This document shows, one piece after another, positions 61,454 to 64,000 of a DNA stretch of 64,000 nt. Under the pieces are notes generated by a model that saw only the letters and a list, made by a program, of their open reading frames with translations, ran no database searches and was not told where the DNA came from. The position numbers and the translations under genes were made by a program. Within the stretch, counting starts at the first letter, position 1, and the number at the start of each line of letters is the position of its first letter. The stretch lies in contig CAWBKB010000001.1 in assembly GCA_963789265.1 (NCBI GenBank), forward strand, positions 1,472,001-1,536,000, in the 5' to 3' direction. Source of the stretch: an uncultured delta proteobacterium (GTDB lineage Bacteria > Desulfobacterota > Desulfomonilia > Desulfomonilales > Desulfomonilaceae).

Positions 61454-62188
61454 ATGCCACGAGTGGACCTAGACACGATCAGAACCAAGCAAGGAAATCA
61501 ACACGTCTGCACCGTCTGCGGATTCAATATGGTCGGATACTACCCCGAGTATTGCCCGTTTTGTGGTGCTCACCAGCGCAACTTTATCACTTCGGAAGAA
61601 TGCTCAGCCCGGTACAAGGTCCAAGGCACGCGGGTCAACGAGAAGGTCACAAGTCTCCGGTCGGAGCCTTCCTTGGGGTTAGAGCATGCGGCTTACCGCA
61701 TCGAAACGAATGGAAGTGCGTACTGGATCGACTGTCCTTCGTGTTTTGACGCCAGTCTCGACCCGGTTGAAGCCGTGATCTTTACCCATCATCATTTCCT
61801 TGGGGCTTCAAATTTGTACCGAGACCTGTTTCCAGCTCGGGTGGGAATCAACAGGTTGGACTCACTTCATAACATAAGCAAATCCTTCACTTTTGATGAC
61901 CTGTTTACCGGTAACTTCTCGATTGGTCAGATAGAGGCGTTCCACATTGCGGGACACACACCGGGATTCACATTCTACATCTTCGAGGATGCGCTGCTGA
62001 TTTGCGATTACGTTTTTCTCAAGGGAGACGGAGCGGGCCTCAATCCGTTCGGACCTCCCGTGGAAACGAAAGAAGGGTTCAACAAGATGATGGAGCTGAT
62101 ACGGGATAGGGACATAAACGTCGTCTGCGGGTATAACTACATGATCGATTTCGCCTCCTGGAAGCAACGAGCAGATCTGACACCGTAA
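61454..62188 (+). CDS. Rubredoxin-like plus metallo-beta-lactamase-fold protein
   Basis: CTVCG..CPFCGA, FTHHHFLG and GHTPGF motifs. Confidence 0.8.
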   Translation: MPRVDLDTIRTKQGNQHVCTVCGFNMVGYYPEYCPFCGAHQRNFITSEECSARYKVQGTRVNEKVTSLRSEPSLGLEHAAYRIETNGSAYWIDCPSCFDASLDPVEAVIFTHHHFLGASNLYRDLFPARVGINRLDSLHNISKSFTFDDLFTGNFSIGQIEAFHIAGHTPGFTFYIFEDALLICDYVFLKGDGAGLNPFGPPVETKEGFNKMMELIRDRDINVVCGYNYMIDFASWKQRADLTP

Positions 62189-62324
62189 ACCAATCAAGTT
62201 TGCCTACGGGTAATCCGCTGATCTGGGTTTCGGGAATTTTTCTGTCATGAGCTAGATCTTTTGACTAGATGATAAAACAGGTTCATAGGGTTCCTGTAGT
62301 CCCCGGATTTCTTCTGAGAATTTG

Positions 62325-62780
62325 ATGCCTAAAGTCTACCTCGCTTCACCCCTCGGTTTCTCGCGAGAGCAGAAGCCATATCTTGAAAGGATCAAGGCTC
62401 GTCTAGTTGAACTCGGCTATGAAGTTTTCGATCCCTGGGCGCAGCCATTCTCCAAAGCGATCCGTGAGGCATCTGGAATTGCAGATCACGATGAGCGACT
62501 CGCAGCCAACACTCGTCTCGCCAGAGATATTGGAGCCGCCAATGAAAACGGTATTAGTGAATCGGATATACTCTTGGCAGTGCTTGACGGCACAGAGGTT
62601 GATTCGGGATGCGCCGCTGAGGTAGGGTTCGCAGCAGGTATTGCTAAACCGGTTTTCGGACTAAGGACGGACTGGCGTGACTCAGGCGAGTTCGGACTTC
62701 CCTTGAATCTTCAAGTGCTTCACTTCATAGAAAAAAGTGGGGGAAGGCTTTTTCGGACCATCGAAGAGATTGAATTCTGA
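62325..62780 (+). CDS. Nucleoside 2-deoxyribosyltransferase family protein
   Basis: VYLASPLGFS, LDG.EVDSG.AAEVGFA and GLRTD motifs. Confidence 0.88.
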   Translation: MPKVYLASPLGFSREQKPYLERIKARLVELGYEVFDPWAQPFSKAIREASGIADHDERLAANTRLARDIGAANENGISESDILLAVLDGTEVDSGCAAEVGFAAGIAKPVFGLRTDWRDSGEFGLPLNLQVLHFIEKSGGRLFRTIEEIEF

Positions 62781-62859
62781 CTCGGGTCGAGAATTTCTTT
62801 CCCACATTGAGCCTACTGAGTCGCTTGAGACATCTCATGCGACAACTGTCAAGACTCGG

Positions 62860-63681
62860 TTAAGGAAGGATTGCAAAGACGCGGGCGGGAAAACCAAACC
62901 CCCGTTTGGGCTTCGCAAAACTTACGATAACCATAGCGCCATATTCCGGTACTTGATCCAGATTGGCGAGGAGTTCTATTTGGTACTTGTCCTGGGAAAG
63001 AATGTACGCTTCCAGAGAATAGTCGTCTTTGCTGGTGGAAATTCCCGGATCAGTATCCGTTGTTTCATGACCGGAAGCCGTTATGCCTCTCGTCTCGTAC
63101 AAATAGGTCAGGACCTCTTTGCTCCAGCCGGGATAATGAGCAATTCCGTTTGCGTCGGAGTTGCGCATCCTCTCCGGACTAGGCCATCGTTTTGACCAAT
63201 CCGTCCTCATAGCCACGAATGATTTTGCAGAAATTATTCCGTACTTCGATTCCCACGCTTGGACATCATCCATGTGGATTTGATAATCGGGATTGAGTTC
63301 AACCTTCCTGCTGACATCTATTACAACAAGGGGCAGTACCATTTCATTGACCGGGATTTGGTCAAGGAATCGTTTTCCCTTCGCGAAGTGCGCTGGCGGG
63401 TCTACGTGAGTGCCCCATTGACCAGGAATCTTATATTGATGAGCAAGGAATCCAAACCCCTTCGTGCCTATTCCTTCGTCATAGTAATAGATTGTCGTAC
63501 GTTCCTCGTTATCGAATCCGGGCCAATGGGGTATTCCAGGTCCGAACGCGTGCGTTAAATCAACAAACTGCTTGGATTGCAACAATCTCACAGTATCGTA
63601 GAGGCTGCGAGATTCCTCGGCAAAGGAAAGGCTGGGAACAAACACTATCAGGACAACAATCAAAAACCATCTGAGTCTCAT
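62860..63681 (-). CDS. Cyclase (kynurenine formamidase-like) family protein, secreted
   Basis: DLTH, GTHVDPPAHF, HYPGWS, ELLANL and GFPARVFAI motifs. Confidence 0.9.
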   Translation of the reverse strand: MRLRWFLIVVLIVFVPSLSFAEESRSLYDTVRLLQSKQFVDLTHAFGPGIPHWPGFDNEERTTIYYYDEGIGTKGFGFLAHQYKIPGQWGTHVDPPAHFAKGKRFLDQIPVNEMVLPLVVIDVSRKVELNPDYQIHMDDVQAWESKYGIISAKSFVAMRTDWSKRWPSPERMRNSDANGIAHYPGWSKEVLTYLYETRGITASGHETTDTDPGISTSKDDYSLEAYILSQDKYQIELLANLDQVPEYGAMVIVSFAKPKRGFGFPARVFAILP

Positions 63682-64000
63682 GATATCAGGTCTCCCTCAA
63701 AACAATGCCTATGGCTGTGAAATGACTTTGGCTCTATTATAAGGATTTCTTGCACACGTCAATTCCATCGGAGTCGGTGTACCCTTATAGGGGCTGCGTC
63801 CTCTTCTTTACTAAAGAGGTCTTTAGCAGACTCCCTCGCTATCAAAAAGGAGCGGCTTATTCCTTAATGGCAAAACTTTTGCGCCTGGAATCGAAGAGAC
63901 CTAACCTGGTCCCGATCAGGAACTCCTCAAAAACCAACCACACCGCATGCTCCCCTCGGTATCCACCGCATTCCGGTAACACCCGTGAGCCCCGTCTTCC

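Overview
Accessory, mobile-element-rich region of an anaerobic Desulfobacterota-like bacterium. The taxon is inferred from gene style and a short helical domain that occurs three times; it is reminiscent of Desulfomonilaceae. No rRNA, tRNA, CRISPR array or reverse transcriptase was seen. Housekeeping and stress genes (MscS, GGDEF, two Hsp20, RRM, ArfB, MFS, MaoC, cyclase) are interleaved with mobile and accessory loci. These include two diverged, oppositely oriented three-gene Mu/Tn7-like DDE transposons (one with a 5-bp TSD inside a DUF4424-ankyrin gene), an IS1595 carrying an AlbA_2/Schlafen-type passenger, a stand-alone PolA module, a Prim-Pol module, several HEPN-type genes, many ankyrin/secreted proteins and a rhodanese-like selenoprotein gene with a SECIS. 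The most striking signal is a ~250-290 nt non-coding element in three full copies and one fragment. Its stems show compensatory base changes, GNRA tetraloops and a conserved long-range pairing. I could not assign it to a known family, so it is a candidate new large structured RNA. Three frameshifts share the context AG[G]TAC, which suggests a motif-linked sequencing artefact.
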